This document shows, piece after piece, positions 36,081-49,314 of a stretch of 64,000 nucleotides of DNA; the first letter of the stretch is position 1, and each line of letters starts with the position of its first letter. Source of the stretch: Octopus sinensis (lineage: Eukaryota); assembly GCF_006345805.1 (NCBI RefSeq), contig NC_042999.1, positions 11,718,001 to 11,782,000 of the forward strand, read 5' to 3'. A model generated the notes under the pieces. That model saw nothing but the letters and a program-made list of their open reading frames with translations, was not told where the DNA came from and ran no database searches. Position numbers and translations under genes: made by a program.

Positions 36081-37065
36081 GGTGAGGATGAGGATAACAG
36101 CATATTAGTCAACAAATGGTGCTTTGTCAACAAACAAAATACTTTTGCTGGTTGTCAGGAAGGGATTATAAAAGGAAATAAAATTCTCCCAAAAAGGACG
36201 AAATTCTCCCCTGACAAAAAGCAGATATTTTTCTCCTGGTTATTTAAGGAAGACAACAATTAGAATAGCTGAGTCTGGGATCAGTCTTGCAAATTGTCCA
36301 GTGAAGCTAAACTGCCTCATGTCCACAGCTTGGTTTCTTGTGTAACCCTTTAATAAATATTCAGTTCAATTAATCAGGCAGGAATACTGGAGAGTTGTGC
36401 TGAGATCATGTGTATCTGTGAACAGGTTCAATTCCTGGTTGAGCCATTTTGCTCTATCTCTTCTTTACATCTATAGTTTCCAATTCTTAATCAGGACCCA
36501 AGAGGACGATGTGTCCCACCATAATCACATCCCCTTCACACATCGCATAAACAGGGTTCTTTCAATGGAGCCCAAATGACTTGTTCAATGATACAAAATG
36601 TGTTTCATTTCTTTATGTCAACAGAAAATCTTTTATTTTAAGCGGAGAGAAATAGGATGTCCTGAAATAACCTCTATCAGAAGCATCACCTTGTTTATTC
36701 TAAAACAAGGGGATTTTTAACCAAACTTTTTCCATACTGTTAATTATAGCTTTATCTACTTCAAATTCCACTGTTAAAATGATTTCCTCCTCTGATGTTT
36801 AAATAAATATAACAAACTTTTGAATTGTCTACTGGCTTATGCTATCAAAGAAAGGATTTAGTTTCCCTTTGGGTTTATTTATCTCAAGATTAATTCTTTC
36901 TTCAGAGATTTAATCTCAAGTTCTAGCAGCAACATGTCTCTCCCAATGGGCAAAAATTATCTTCAGAATGAATAGTGACAACAGGAACTAGAAGTTGTAA
37001 CAGTGTCAAACCAGTTAGTGATTATATATATATATATATATATATATAAGTTAAGGTTCATTTAC

Positions 37066-37132
37066 CTTTATCAGACATCACTTCAAAGTCACTGTCAACC
37101 TTTTCCTTGTAAAAATTTAATGAACATGTATT
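37066..37132 (-). CDS. Host-gene exon NTCSLNFYKEKVDSDFEVMSDK
   Basis: 67 nt, tttttaacag and AAG/gtaaat, phase 0 to 1 joining G+GT (Gly) of the next exon. Confidence 0.75.
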
Positions 37133-37186
37133 CTGTTAAAAAGTATTGAGTAATCCTTCTGTTTAAATTTTCTTTATTTTACATAA

Positions 37187-37222
<36 letters not shown>

Positions 37223-37240
37223 TGTATGTATGTATCTATG

Positions 37241-37298
<58 letters not shown>

Positions 37299-37314
37299 AC
37301 TATCTATCTACATA

Positions 37315-38545
37315 TAAACTAGAAGTAGTTGACAGCTTCCGTTACCTAGGTGACCAAGTCAGTAGCGGGGGCGGATGTGCTGAAAGTGTAACTGCTAGAG
37401 TAAGAATAGCCTGAGCAAAATTCAGAGAGCTCTTATCTCTGCTGGTGACAAAAGGCCTCTCGCTCAGAGTAAAAGGCAGACTGTATGACGCATGTGTACG
37501 AACAGCCATGCTACATGGCAGTGAAACATGGGCTGTGACTGCTGAGGATATGCGTAAGCTCGCAAGAAATGAAGCCAGTATGCTCCGATGGATGTGTAAT
37601 GTCAGTGTGCATGCTCGACAGAGTATAAGTACCTTGAGAGAAAAGTTGGACCTAAGAAGCATCAGTTGTGGTGTGCAAGAGAGACGTTTGCGCTGGTATG
37701 GTCATGTGGCAAGAATAGATGAGGATAGCTGTGTGAAAAAGTGCCACACCCTAGTGGTTGAGGGAACCTGTGGAAGAGGCAGACCCAGGAAGACCTGGGA
37801 TGAGGTGGTGAAGCACAAACTTCGAACATTAGGCCTCACCAAGGAAATGACTAGCGACTGAGACTTTTGGAAATATGCTGTGCTTGAAAAGACCTAGCAA
37901 GCCAAAGGAGACTATAACCTGTGGCCTATGCCAGGAGCGTAACCAGCCCACTTATGCGTACCTTTTCCTTCTTTAGTCACTAAACACTGCTTGCAATGAC
38001 CTGTTGAGGCAAGTGAAATCAAAATCAAAATCAAAGTCAATTCAATGACTGCCATCCGTGCTAGCGGGATGCAAAGAGCACCATACAAGTGTGATCGTTG
38101 ACAGAGCGGCTATTCAAGTATGATTGTTACCAACATCACCTTACTGGCACTTATGCCTGTGCTAGTAGGGTGCCAATAGCACCATCCAAGTGTGATCATT
38201 ACCAGAGCAGCCAACTGGCTTCCGTACCCATGGCACGTAAAAGGGCACCATTTGAGCGTGATCATTACCAACGTCGCTTCACTGGCACCTGTGCCGGTGG
38301 CATGTGTAAAAAGATTCGAGTAAAGTCATTACCAGTACTGCCTGACTGGCCCCCATGCCGGTGGCACGTAAAAAGCACCCACTACACTCTCGGAGTGGTT
38401 GGCGTTAGGAAGGGCATCCAGCTGTAGAAACTCTGCCAGATCAGATTGGAGCCTGGTGCAGCCATCTGGCTCACCAGCTCTCAGTCAAAATTGTCCAACC
38501 CATGCTAGCATGGAAAGCGGACGTTAAACGATGATGATGATGATA
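37315..38545 (+). mobile_element. 5'-truncated RTE LINE with 3' UTR array and tail
   Basis: Begins at KLEVVDSFRYLGD; LHGSETW, RWYGHV and GRGRPRKTW motifs. Confidence 0.9.
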
Positions 38546-38759
38546 TATATATATATATATATATATATACCCAACTGTATGTCATACTTAATGCAAATAC
38601 ATCATAACAAAATAAATGAAATGCAGCTATCATTCAGGGACAATATTTCTTATGGATGTACACAAATATATGAATAGCAGAGGAAAAATCATTCTTTAGT
38701 TGCAGTGAGAATGTCAGATGTGCATTTCAGCGTCCTTGGGAATCATCAGTGGCATGTAC

Positions 38760-38865
38760 TCCTTGCCAACCACATGCCAAGACAGAATCCATCATTATTG
38801 ATGCTTTTTTAACAGGAAGAGTATCTTGCTGTAGACAATTTGCCTCAATAAAGTCTGTTTGATCT
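38760..38865 (-). CDS. Candidate host-gene exon DQTDFIEANCLQQDTLPVKKASIMMDSVLACGWQG
   Basis: 106 nt, phase 2 to 0 closes the chain; weak gtacat donor; acceptor lies in a repeat tail. Confidence 0.4.
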
Positions 38866-39536
38866 CTGCAAGCATGGAAAAGTGGGCATCAAAATGATGA
38901 CATCATCATCCTCATCATCATCATTTAACATCCATTTTCCAAGCTGGCATTGGTTGGGTGGTTTGACAGGAATTGGCAAGCTGGAGAGCTACACACTGGG
39001 CTCCAATTTTATTTATTTTTTTCGGCTTGGTTTCTCTGGCTGGATGCCTTTCCTAACACCAGTAAGGCCCCGGTAAGGGTGCTTTTTATGTGGCACTAGC
39101 ATCAGTACTTTTTACATGCTACCAGTGCTAGCAGGTTCACCGAGTACCTTACAACACAAAAACCTCTCAGCTAGGAGTGGGGAGAAGTAGTGAGTGGGCG
39201 TGGCTTTGTGCCAGTTGAGGGGACAGGTGTAGGTGTCCTGCTGTAGGGTAGGTATATGGATAATCCAGGTGGAAAAGAAAGGAGAGTTAGAGATTAAGAG
39301 AAGGAGAGCAACAGTAAGAGAGATAATAAGAGAAATGTGTTGGGAGATGCGCTTGTGGGACATTGGAGGTGATTGTTTTATATCTGTATGTTATTCAGCA
39401 TAATTTCTGTCTTCAAAATTCAGCCCAGAAAGTATTTGTCAAACTGAGAAAATGGCAGAGACAGTTGGCCAAGGAGACGTATGGTGGGATTGAAACCCTC
39501 CCTCATGTGGTTGTGTGGGAGAACCTTCTCATTCAC

Positions 39537-39597
39537 GTTGCAATGCTTGAACTTATATGTAGGAAGAAAACAATAGGGTTTTTAATGTCTGACAAAT
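39537..39597 (-). CDS. Candidate host-gene exon DLSDIKNPIVFFLHISSSIA
   Basis: 61 nt, gccttcag/gtgaat; only the phase-1 frame is open, as required by the upstream exon. Confidence 0.45.
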
Positions 39598-39674
39598 CTG
39601 AAGGCAACATTTACCAGATATGATATTCAGGGTAGAGTCACACATAGATATACATACATACATACACGTATATG

Positions 39675-39719
<45 letters not shown>

Positions 39720-40209
39720 ACACACAAACACACACATAAAATTAACAATAATGCCAAGGATGATGATGATGATAATGGTACCACCACCACCACCACCACC
39801 ACCGCCACCAATGGCAATAAATATTTATTTATTCAAACCACCCAACCTAACACCATCAATGCCAAACTCTATTGTGTTGGATGTGAATTAGCTCCTCTCA
39901 ATAGTAGTAGTAGTAGCAGCAGTAGTAGTAGTTCTTATGATGTAGCACCCATCATAAATATATTTGTTATGGGAGGTGGGGGATGCATGGGGTGGCTGAG
40001 GTGGGAAAATTCTATTCTTTTATGGCAGATGCCTTCATCTTTGGTTTCATCATGGTGCTAGAAGATAGTCCTGAAGCAGGGATGATGGTGTTGGTGGCAG
40101 CGATTGTTAAAGTGGAACTATGATGATGATGGGCTGGGGTTACTGTGGATGATATGCAAACACACACACACACACACACACACAACTCTTATATCAGAGA
40201 ACACAATAT

Positions 40210-40325
40210 CATTATTATTATTATTATTATCATTATTATTATTATTATTATCATTATTATTATTATTATTATTATCATTATTATCATTATTATTATTATT
40301 ATTATCATTATTATTATTATTATTA

Positions 40326-40361
<36 letters not shown>

Positions 40362-40380
40362 TATTATTATCATCATTATT
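40210..40380. repeat. Long (ATT/ATC)n microsatellite
   Basis: Directly visible; gives poly-Ile and poly-Leu pseudo-ORFs. Confidence 0.95.
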
Positions 40381-40629
40381 ATCTTTTTTTTGTTCTGACA
40401 GTGATTTATGACTTATTTTATAAACTTTCTCTCAGTGAGTTGGCAAAGTTGTTAGAGTGTTAGACAAAATTACTTTGTGGTATTATTCTTACCCTTTCTA
40501 TTCCAAGTTCAAATCTCACTGAGGTCGGCTTGATTTCTTTTTATCTCTCTGGGGTCAATAAACTAAAGCCACTGTTGAGTATTGGGGTCAATGTAATCAA
40601 TTAAACCTCTTGTATTCATTATCATCAGG

Positions 40630-40667
<38 letters not shown>

Positions 40668-40894
40668 TATCATTATTGTTGTTGTTGGTGGTGGTGGTGT
40701 AATGAACTGGCAGAATTGTTAACATGCTTTATGGCATTTCGTCTGTCTTTGTGTAAATTTCAAATTTTGCCATGGTCGACTTTGCCTTTCATCCTTCTGG
40801 GGTCAATAAAATGAGTACTGGTTGCATCCTGGGGTTGATGCAACTGGCCAATATTACTGGCCTTGTGCCGAAATTTGAAGCCATTATTTGCTTA

Positions 40895-41700
40895 TTTTTT
40901 TTAAAACTCAGGTTTTATTGGAACTCCTGGAGTTTTGCATGCACACCTGGTTTGCTGCCGGCAGCCTACAATGCCATGTCATCTGTTCTTTTCAACCATT
41001 TTATACTTTTCTGGTTATTCTGGCTGTGCCAAGGAGGCAAACCTTTTGTAACAGTTCCACAGGGCACTCTATTCCAATTTCTTTTATATTCCCCTTGATG
41101 CCTTCTAATACTGTCTCCAAGGATCCAACAATAATTGGCACTATCTTTACCGTCTTCCTTTTCCATAGCCAGGCTATTTTGTACTTAAGAAGATTGTATC
41201 TATCTGTCTTTTCACCTTCCTTCTTGGCTATTCGTGGGTCAAAGGGGCATGCAGCATCAGCTATATAGCACATGTAGTGCACCTTGTCCACCAGCACTAC
41301 GTCTATTTTGTTATACTCTAGGACCAGCTCTGTTTGGTTTGGGAAACCTCACAGGGTTTTGCAGATCTCTGACCCCACCACCCTCTGCAGTTTGTGCTCT
41401 TACCATGTCTTGCTTCTCTCTAGATCCTGCTTTTTTGCATATTCTCTGATGTAACACTTTTGCTACCTCATTGTGTTGCCACAACTTATGATGGTTTAGA
41501 GCAAGTCTAGCGCATTCATTCACGATATGGCCAATAGTCTCATCCACTCTGTTACAGATGCAGCACAGTAGAGACACTTGCTTGTTCCTAAGGTTGACCC
41601 TCCAATTTGTGGCCAAAGCTTGGTCTTGTGCTGCCAATATGGTGCTCTCACTCTCTTTTTTCAGTGCTCCTTTCTTCAGCCAATCCCACCTAAGTTTTCC
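40895..41700 (-). mobile_element. Dong/R4-like 3' fragment
   Basis: AAQDQALATNW, CCICNRVDETIGHIVNEC, DAACPFDP and LQKVCLLGTARI motifs; same subfamily as 12690-14890. Confidence 0.85.
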
Positions 41701-41701
41701 A

Positions 41702-41737
<36 letters not shown>

Positions 41738-41739
41738 TA

Positions 41740-42750
41740 AGCCATAGCACAGTATCCAATATTGTGAGGTTGTTGATTGAAGATATTGTGTCTACCAGGG
41801 GGTTTGTACTGTCTGTCGAGTCACAACAAAGACCTCAGACTGACAGTAGTTAACGCAATATACATGCAGTTCCAAGTAATGCTGACTTTTGCAATACACC
41901 TAGATTGTAGGGTATTTCTAAAGTTTCCAGATGTTTCTTCAGGTTGGTTGGTATTGAACCCAAAGCTCCAATGACAATAGGGACAACCTTTATGTTTGAC
42001 TCTCATAGCTTCCACATCTTGGTATTCTCAGGTCTCCATATTTATCAATCTTTTCTCTTTCTTTCATGATAATATGTTGATCTCCTGGCACTGCCACATC
42101 AATTATTAGGCACTCTTGCCTGTCCTTCCTAAAGGTTACTATATCTGGCCTTCGGGGCTCTAACACCTTGTCTGTCTGGAGGTCAAAGTCCCAGAGGATT
42201 TTTGCCTTCCCCTTTTTGTCCATTGCCTTTTCCAGTGTATGTTGGTACCAAACCCCCATTACCTCGTATCCATACCTCCAGCATGGTAGCCAGTGGAGGT
42301 TTTGGGCTACCTTGTCATGTCTATGCTTCTACTCTTTCTGCACAAGACTTTCACAAGCACTAACAATGTGACTCAGGCTTTCCACCCTCTTCCCACACAT
42401 TCTGCTGAGGTTCATTGTACCTGTGTGGTATATAACCCTTTTCACTGAGTTGGTATTCAATGCCTGATCCTAGGCAGCGCTTAGGCTTCCAGTATTCTTT
42501 TTTAGGTCACCCTTGCTGAGTCACCTCCATGATGCTTCCTGGTCTTCTAAGTTGTTAGTTTCATGGTGGAACTGACCATGTAATTCCATGTGGAGTAGAG
42601 TTTCTTCTCTCTCGTGATTGGAATTCATGAGCACTCTCAAGTCCATTTTTGGTAAATCCTTCTGCATCAGCAGCAGCAAGTCTTGTTTGCTGTTTACCAA
42701 ATATTCTGTCATGTTTCTTCTTTCACTGTTGATGCACTCCCGTACGCTAA
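41740..42750 (-). mobile_element. Dong/R4-like 3' fragment, different subfamily
   Basis: KILWDFDLQTDKVLEPRRPDIV..IIDVAVPGD; bounded by (TTA)n at 41700-41738. Confidence 0.8.
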
Positions 42751-42953
42751 TCTCTATTATTATATATTATAAAAGGTTGTGGATTGTATATCTCTCAAAA
42801 AGAAAAAAAAGATATTTGTTTAGCATTAAATGATTTTTAGTTTCATAAAGATTGTTCCTTATTTTTTCCTTTGATATGGCATTGGAAGTAAATTTTATTT
42901 TGCAGGTAAAAGCTTTTTTTTTTTGACAGAACTCTGATGGACGAGTTTCTTAC

Positions 42954-42996
42954 CAGATATTTTCAAAAAAGTGTAATACCAGTCATTATGCCTCAT
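42954..42996 (-). CDS. Host-gene exon MRHNDWYYTFLKIS
   Basis: 43 nt, ttgtttttag and CTG/gtaaga; open only in phase 0. Confidence 0.7.
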
Positions 42997-44770
42997 CTAA
43001 AAACAATTGAAAATGTCATTTCTTTGTGAAATCAATTCAACCCTCTTCATTTAAAACTGTTCTGTGATACAAACTTCATGTTTTAGAGGATTTCAATTAA
43101 AAGTATCCATCAAAATTTCATATTAATTTTATGTTCCAGGCACCAGCTAAATAATGACAAAGTTATTTTACTAAATTCTTTGTTATTTTCAAAATTAACT
43201 GAAACAAAAACTGTTTATTTCAACAGAAATATTGTAAAGTGTTAAAGGATTCTTTATTAAAACCAGTCATCAAAATTTCATGTTAATTTCCAAACACCAT
43301 CTTAATAAAGACAATTTTTTTTTTATTTTCCTTATTTTCAAAATCGATTGAAGCAGAATCAGTGTATTTCAACAGAATGAAGACAATGAATGGATTAAAC
43401 AAAGAAATTCACAGAATCTTACACTTATACCGTATTCATCTTATGTCTGAATAAATACTTGAGAATAATGCTTCATTCACTCAACAGGGAACAGCTTCAC
43501 TTATTTCTTCTGCTGCAGTTCCAGATTTCTCTTCTGAATGGACATGAGTTCCAGAAGACTCATTTGTCTTTGACACATTACAAGAAAATTAAATCGTTGG
43601 TGTTGATCTAACGACTCATTAAAAGTTATGGTATGTTTTCATTTCACCTTCATTTTAAGTATAAATTAGAAGTTTTGACACACAGAAGAGATTTTTTCCA
43701 TTTTTTTCTGGTGAATTTTTGAACGCAATAAAACTTGACAGAAGTTCAACTTAATCCTTAATCCTTACGTTCTGAAATTTCTCTTGAAATTCACTGACTT
43801 TTTAAAATAATAATAATGAATTTAGTAAAATAACTTTACCAGTATTTAACTGGTGTTGGAACATAAATTAACGTGAAATTTCCAAGGAAGGTTTTTGTTT
43901 AGATCCCTTGAAGCCTTTTTGATATTCCTGTTAACCTGCCCCGCCTTTGTTTCAATTCATTTTGAAAATAATGGAGAATTTAGTAAAATAACTTTTGTGA
44001 CTATTAAACTGGTGTTTGGAACATAAGATAACTTGAAATTTTGATGAAGGATTTACTTTAGATTGGTTTAAGACAGGAAATTTGTGTCACAATAGCAGGA
44101 GGGGGGCAGTGTCTGGGGTGGGTGGGTTCAAAAGGATTAAGGAATTAGACAAATAAAAACACAAACCTTAGAGTTCAATGTTGAAGAGAAAACAACAAAA
44201 AAGAGAACTAAGAATGAATAAAAGGAAAAGTGAGAAAGATAAGGGGGGGTGATGGGGAGTCAGATTGCGAAAGACAGGAGAAAAAAAACTGAAGATAAAA
44301 CCAGCGAAAGAAATCAGTAAACGGTTTTGCAATGAAATTTGATCGAATAACATTTCAAATATGTTCTGTGTAGATTCTTAAATTTTGGTGGATTTTGTTA
44401 TACTTTTTGCTTTCATTGTTTTCTTTAGAATCGGTAAGAAGTTCTCCGTTGCTAAAAGATAACCTTAAACAAAAATAATGTTTTTATGAACATTTTACTT
44501 CCTATAGACATTTCAGACAGATTATTATTTTTTCTTTTATTTCAGAAACTTGTAGATTTTATGAGTTGTATACTTTATAAATCCTCTATTAATGATGGTG
44601 TCCCAGCATGGCTGCAACGCTCAAGCTAAATCTAATTAAAGACTTATTAGGAACAGATCAACAAATATGTATCATATTTTATAAGTTACATCACTACACA
44701 CACACACACACATATATATATACATTTATGCATATATTTATATATGTATTGTATAATCACCACCACCACC

Positions 44771-44802
<32 letters not shown>

Positions 44803-45529
44803 TTAACATCTGCTTTCCATGCTGGCATGGGTTAGATGGTTAGACTGGAGCTGATGAGCTGGAGAGAGCTGCACCAGGTTCCAGTCTGATTTGGCAAGGT
44901 TTCTACAGCTGGATGCCCTACCTAATGCCAATCACTCCAAGAATGTAATGAGTGCTTTTATGTGCCACTGGCAGCGACAATGATTTCACTTGGTCTGACA
45001 AGTCTTCTCACACACGGCATATCACCAGGACTCTGAGTCACTTGTCATCACTTCCATGAGGCTCAACTTTCGAAGATCATGCTTCACCATGTGTGAGCTG
45101 GCGGCATGTTAAAAGCACCAACTTACTATGACCGATGCCAGTACCGCCTGACTGGTCCCTGTGCCAGTGGCACGTAAAAAGCACCCACTACACTCTCGGA
45201 GTGGTTGGCGTTAGGAAGGGCATCCAGCTGTAAAAACATTGCCAGATCAGACTGGAGCCTGGTGCAGCTGCTGGCTTTTCAGACCTCAGTCAAACCATCC
45301 AACCCATGCCAACATGGAAAACGGATGTTAAACAATGATGATGATACACATACATATGTATATAATATATTAATATATAATAAATGATATATTAATTATA
45401 CAATTGTATAGCTATATAATTTTTTTGTGCATGTAATTACTACATAGATATTTACATATATTTATTATATATATATAAATATATGTATATACATGTGAAT
45501 ATGTACAAGAATGTACACAAGATTAGATG

Positions 45530-45760
45530 ATTTATTTCTTTATTGCCCACTGGGGGTGAAACATAGAGGGGACAAACAAGGACAGACAAAGGGTTTAAGT
45601 TGATTACATCAACCCCAGTGCATAACTGGTATTTATTTAATCGACCCCAAAAGGATGAAAGGCAAAGTTGACCTAAGCGGAGTTTGAACTCATAATGTTG
45701 CAAAAGATGAAATACTGCTAAGCATTTCGCCTGGCAGCGTGCTAACAATTCTGCCAAGAT
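45530..45760 (-). mobile_element. SINE, 19190 family
   Basis: Matches 50330-50560. Confidence 0.7.
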
Positions 45761-46344
45761 TAGATAATGTGTATGTCTATGTGCAAGTGTTCCAGCCTTC
45801 TTATGTTTATATGTAGACTTTTACATATATATGTATATATCTATAATTCTATTCCTTTTTGATTTTTACATATACATTTGCACACCCATAAATTTAAGTG
45901 AATAGCTACTGAATCTATTCAATAAATAGTTTGACTATTAATAACTTCTACTTATTACTAATCTCTATAATAATAAACTCTAAATATATTTACCCCAATA
46001 TTAATATGATACTTATATACATGGGAAATTACTATTTATCATAAATCACTACATCTTCTAACTATTATCCAGAGTATATTAATATATATTCACTTTCCCC
46101 CTAACTAAACACCCTATGCCCCCTTTAAGAGGTTTATACCAAACTTATCCATATAACAATACTCAGTTTGCTGTAATATTCTGTATACTTAACACCGAAT
46201 AATAAATTGGTAAATCTTTTTTTCTGCCTCTGACAAGATTCTGTTTTATAAAAAGGATCGAAACAGCTGTTAGAGACTATGTTTGTTTTTGCAGTTAATA
46301 AATATACTTATTAATTGATTTATCTCCATTTTCTTATTTTTCCT

Positions 46345-46378
<34 letters not shown>

Positions 46379-46444
46379 ACGTATTTATAAATATATTTAT
46401 ATATATAACAAAGTGGAGTTGTAAGGTACCGCACGAGTGGAATT

Positions 46445-46782
46445 ATATATGAAAGAAGGTTTGAAAATGCAATTTTAAAAGATGTTTATTTACTTGACCG
46501 GTTTCACTCTTTTAGAAACAGATTGTCAAAAGTAACATGTAAAAGCTTGGTTGTGTTAGGTATTGGTTGTCACAAAATATTACAATACATATATACATTC
46601 TTTGATAATAATAAGAACATGTTAAAAACAGTTTATATGTTTTGTAATATTTTGTGACAACCAGTACCTAACACAACCAAGCTTTTACATGTTACTTTTG
46701 ACAATCTTTTTCTAAAAGAGTGAAACCGGTAAAGTAAATAAACATCTTTTAAAATTGCATTTTCAAACTTTCTTTCATATAT
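46445..46782. mobile_element. MITE with about 140-bp inverted arms in a TA run
   Basis: 46445-46585 is the reverse complement of 46642-46782 with few mismatches. Confidence 0.8.
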
Positions 46783-47353
46783 ATATATATATATACATAT
46801 TATTATTACTTTGGCTTTGCAATGACACACATGCATTTCTCTGGACAATATGCTCCTTCCTCCTTTTCCTCCTCTCTGGATTTTTCTTCTCTCCAGCAAA
46901 AAGCTATCATCAAAATGCCATTTCTACTACTGTTTTTCCATCAAAAGTTTTCATTGAGTGTCAATCTGATATAGTCACTGTATACTTCTAACCAAATATA
47001 TATATTTATATATATATTTATATTTTATCAGTTTCAGCTGAAAGCTGTGGCCATGCTGGGGTACTGCCCTTTTTGCTACACTGTTATTATTGAGAGCCTC
47101 CTCTGATATGTGGCATTTGGTGAATAAGGGGGTTTGATGTCGTTACCCTCATTTGCGTCTCCTTCCGTGAGGTAAGTTCATCTGAGACTCTCAAGTTTTG
47201 ATTTGAAAACACCTACATCCATTTTGTGTAGGTCCCTCAGGCTCTGAAGTCCAGGCTGTTGCAGTAACTGATCCTGAGGAGTAATGGCATTGCTGGGATC
47301 TTTGTCACTGTGCATGTTTAATATATATATATATATATGTGTGTATGTGTATA

Positions 47354-47400
<47 letters not shown>

Positions 47401-47825
47401 GGTGGTTTTATTCTAATTTATATGTATATATATATTAGAAGAAATGAGTTACTCAGAAATCTGTTTGGTTTTATATTTACAGATATTTATTAGTATGTAA
47501 CATGTTTTTTATAAATCATATATCATATATTAGCTCTTTTTTCCATTCTAGTGGAGTCGTCAAATTGAACTTTTGCAAGAATTTTCTCTCTTTTTATAGT
47601 ATTATTGAGTGTGTAGTGTGTAGTAATACTATAAAAAGAATCAAAATTCCTGCAAAAGTCAGTTCAATTTGAAGACTCTACTAGAGTGGATGAAAGCGTT
47701 AATATATGATATAGGATTTATAAAAACATCTAACATACTAATAAATATCTGTAAATATAAAACCATCCAGATTTCTGAGTACCTCATTTCTTCTAATATA
47801 TAATACCTGTACATCATCTCCAAAC

Positions 47826-47863
<38 letters not shown>

Positions 47864-47939
47864 TGTATGTGAGTGTTTGTGTATACATATAATGTATACA
47901 AACATACATACATGCATACATACAAACAGTACATACATA

Positions 47940-48570
47940 CAAAGCATATCTCTAAAATTGTCAAGAAGGCCGAGGGTGTCTTGGCATCACTCAGCAAGAC
48001 TTTTGTTAGCCGCTCTCCAGCCATCTATTTAAAACTGTATACAGCTATGGTACGACCGCACTTGGAATTCGCATCATCAGTTTGGAATCCCTATCTTGCT
48101 CAGAACATTGACCTCCTGGAATCTGTCCAGAGACGTGCAACCAAACGCATACCCTCCATCAGACACCTACCATATTCTGAGCGTCTTGTTTCCCTGGGCA
48201 TGGATTCACTGAAGCTCCGGCGTCGGGCGACGGACTTGGTAAACACCCACAAGGTTATCAACCACCTCACCAACAACAACACTGAACACCTTTTTGATCT
48301 CCATGTGTCTAACACACGTGGACATGCCTACAAAGTCAGAAAACAGCACAGCTCCCATGACTTTCGGAAACATTTTTTCACGCTCAGGGTTGCTGAAGCA
48401 TGGAATAAACTGCCTGCATCAGTTGTTGACTGCCATGACACTGCATCCTTTAAGGCCCTCATGCTTCCCGAAATCCGTCGAAACTACACCTGATTATATA
48501 TACACTTTAGATGAGTTGTAGTGCACCTGAGCACTGTACACAATTATTATTATTATTATTATTATTATAC
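47940..48570 (+). mobile_element. CR1-clade LINE 3' end with open frame and (ATT)n tail
   Basis: LYTAMVRPHLEFASSVWNPY, LESVQRRATK, RGH..K and FFTLRVAEAWNKLP motifs. Confidence 0.9.
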
Positions 48571-48639
48571 ATACGTACATACATATGTACATACATACAT
48601 ATAAACGTACATATATACAATGCAACTCAACTCCAACAG

Positions 48640-49000
48640 TCATGAATAACCATGGGTGCACCTAAGACATTCCCCTCCTGGGTACAAATCTGGGTGGAAA
48701 GTGGCCTCACCGGTGAATGCACAACCTAGGGTTGTTGTTTTTATGGAAGACCAGCTGTCGGCCATGCATACCAGCCTCTCCTCTCCATGCCATCGATGTT
48801 ATCCAAGGGATGGGCAAAGGGGCCGATACAGCTCGGCACCAATGGTGTCACAACTCATTTCTACAGCTGAGTGAAGTGGAGTAATGTGAAGTAAGGTGTC
48901 TTACTCAAGAACACAACATGCAGCCTGGTCCAGGAATTGAACTCACAGCCTCATGATCATAAGCTTGACACTAACTACTGAGCCATGTGCCTTCACATAC
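48640..49000 (-). mobile_element. tRNA-derived SINE with gtgt(t/c)cttgag(t/c)aagacac core
   Basis: Minus-strand A and B boxes near 48930-48995; related copy at 55005-55285. Confidence 0.6.
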
Positions 49001-49194
49001 ATACATACAATACAAACATAGATACATACATACATATCAACTACTTAACATGAGAGAAACTATGAGTAGCTCTAGTTTCCTCTATCCTTCTGAGTTTAAA
49101 AAAAAAACTGTTTACTGAAGAAGCAGTTAAAATAACAAATTACATATATAAGACTATGTGTGTGTGTATATATAAATGTGTGTGTGTGTATTAC

Positions 49195-49314
49195 CACATA
49201 AAATATTACACCATAGTATTGAGAAGAGAACAAAAGTAACTGTAGAGGTGTCTGAACATTTGATCTTGTTGATTTTTTTTTATAGAAAACTGCACAAAGC
49301 ATTGCATTATAAAT
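49195..49314 (-). CDS. Host-gene exon IYNAMLCAVFYKKKSTRSNVQTPLQLLLFSSQYYGVIFYV
   Basis: 120 nt, ttttgtttttcttag and GTG/gtaata, phase 0-0 between two phase-0 junctions. Confidence 0.7.

Noticed and set aside
40104-40463. Poly-Leu and poly-Ile ORFs, and similar YI, CV and HT ORFs throughout
   Set aside because: Translations of microsatellites
44429-44433. Plus-strand 5-nt microexon (tttag-AATCG-gtaaga)
   Set aside because: Opposite strand to the host gene, no partner exons, repeat-like context
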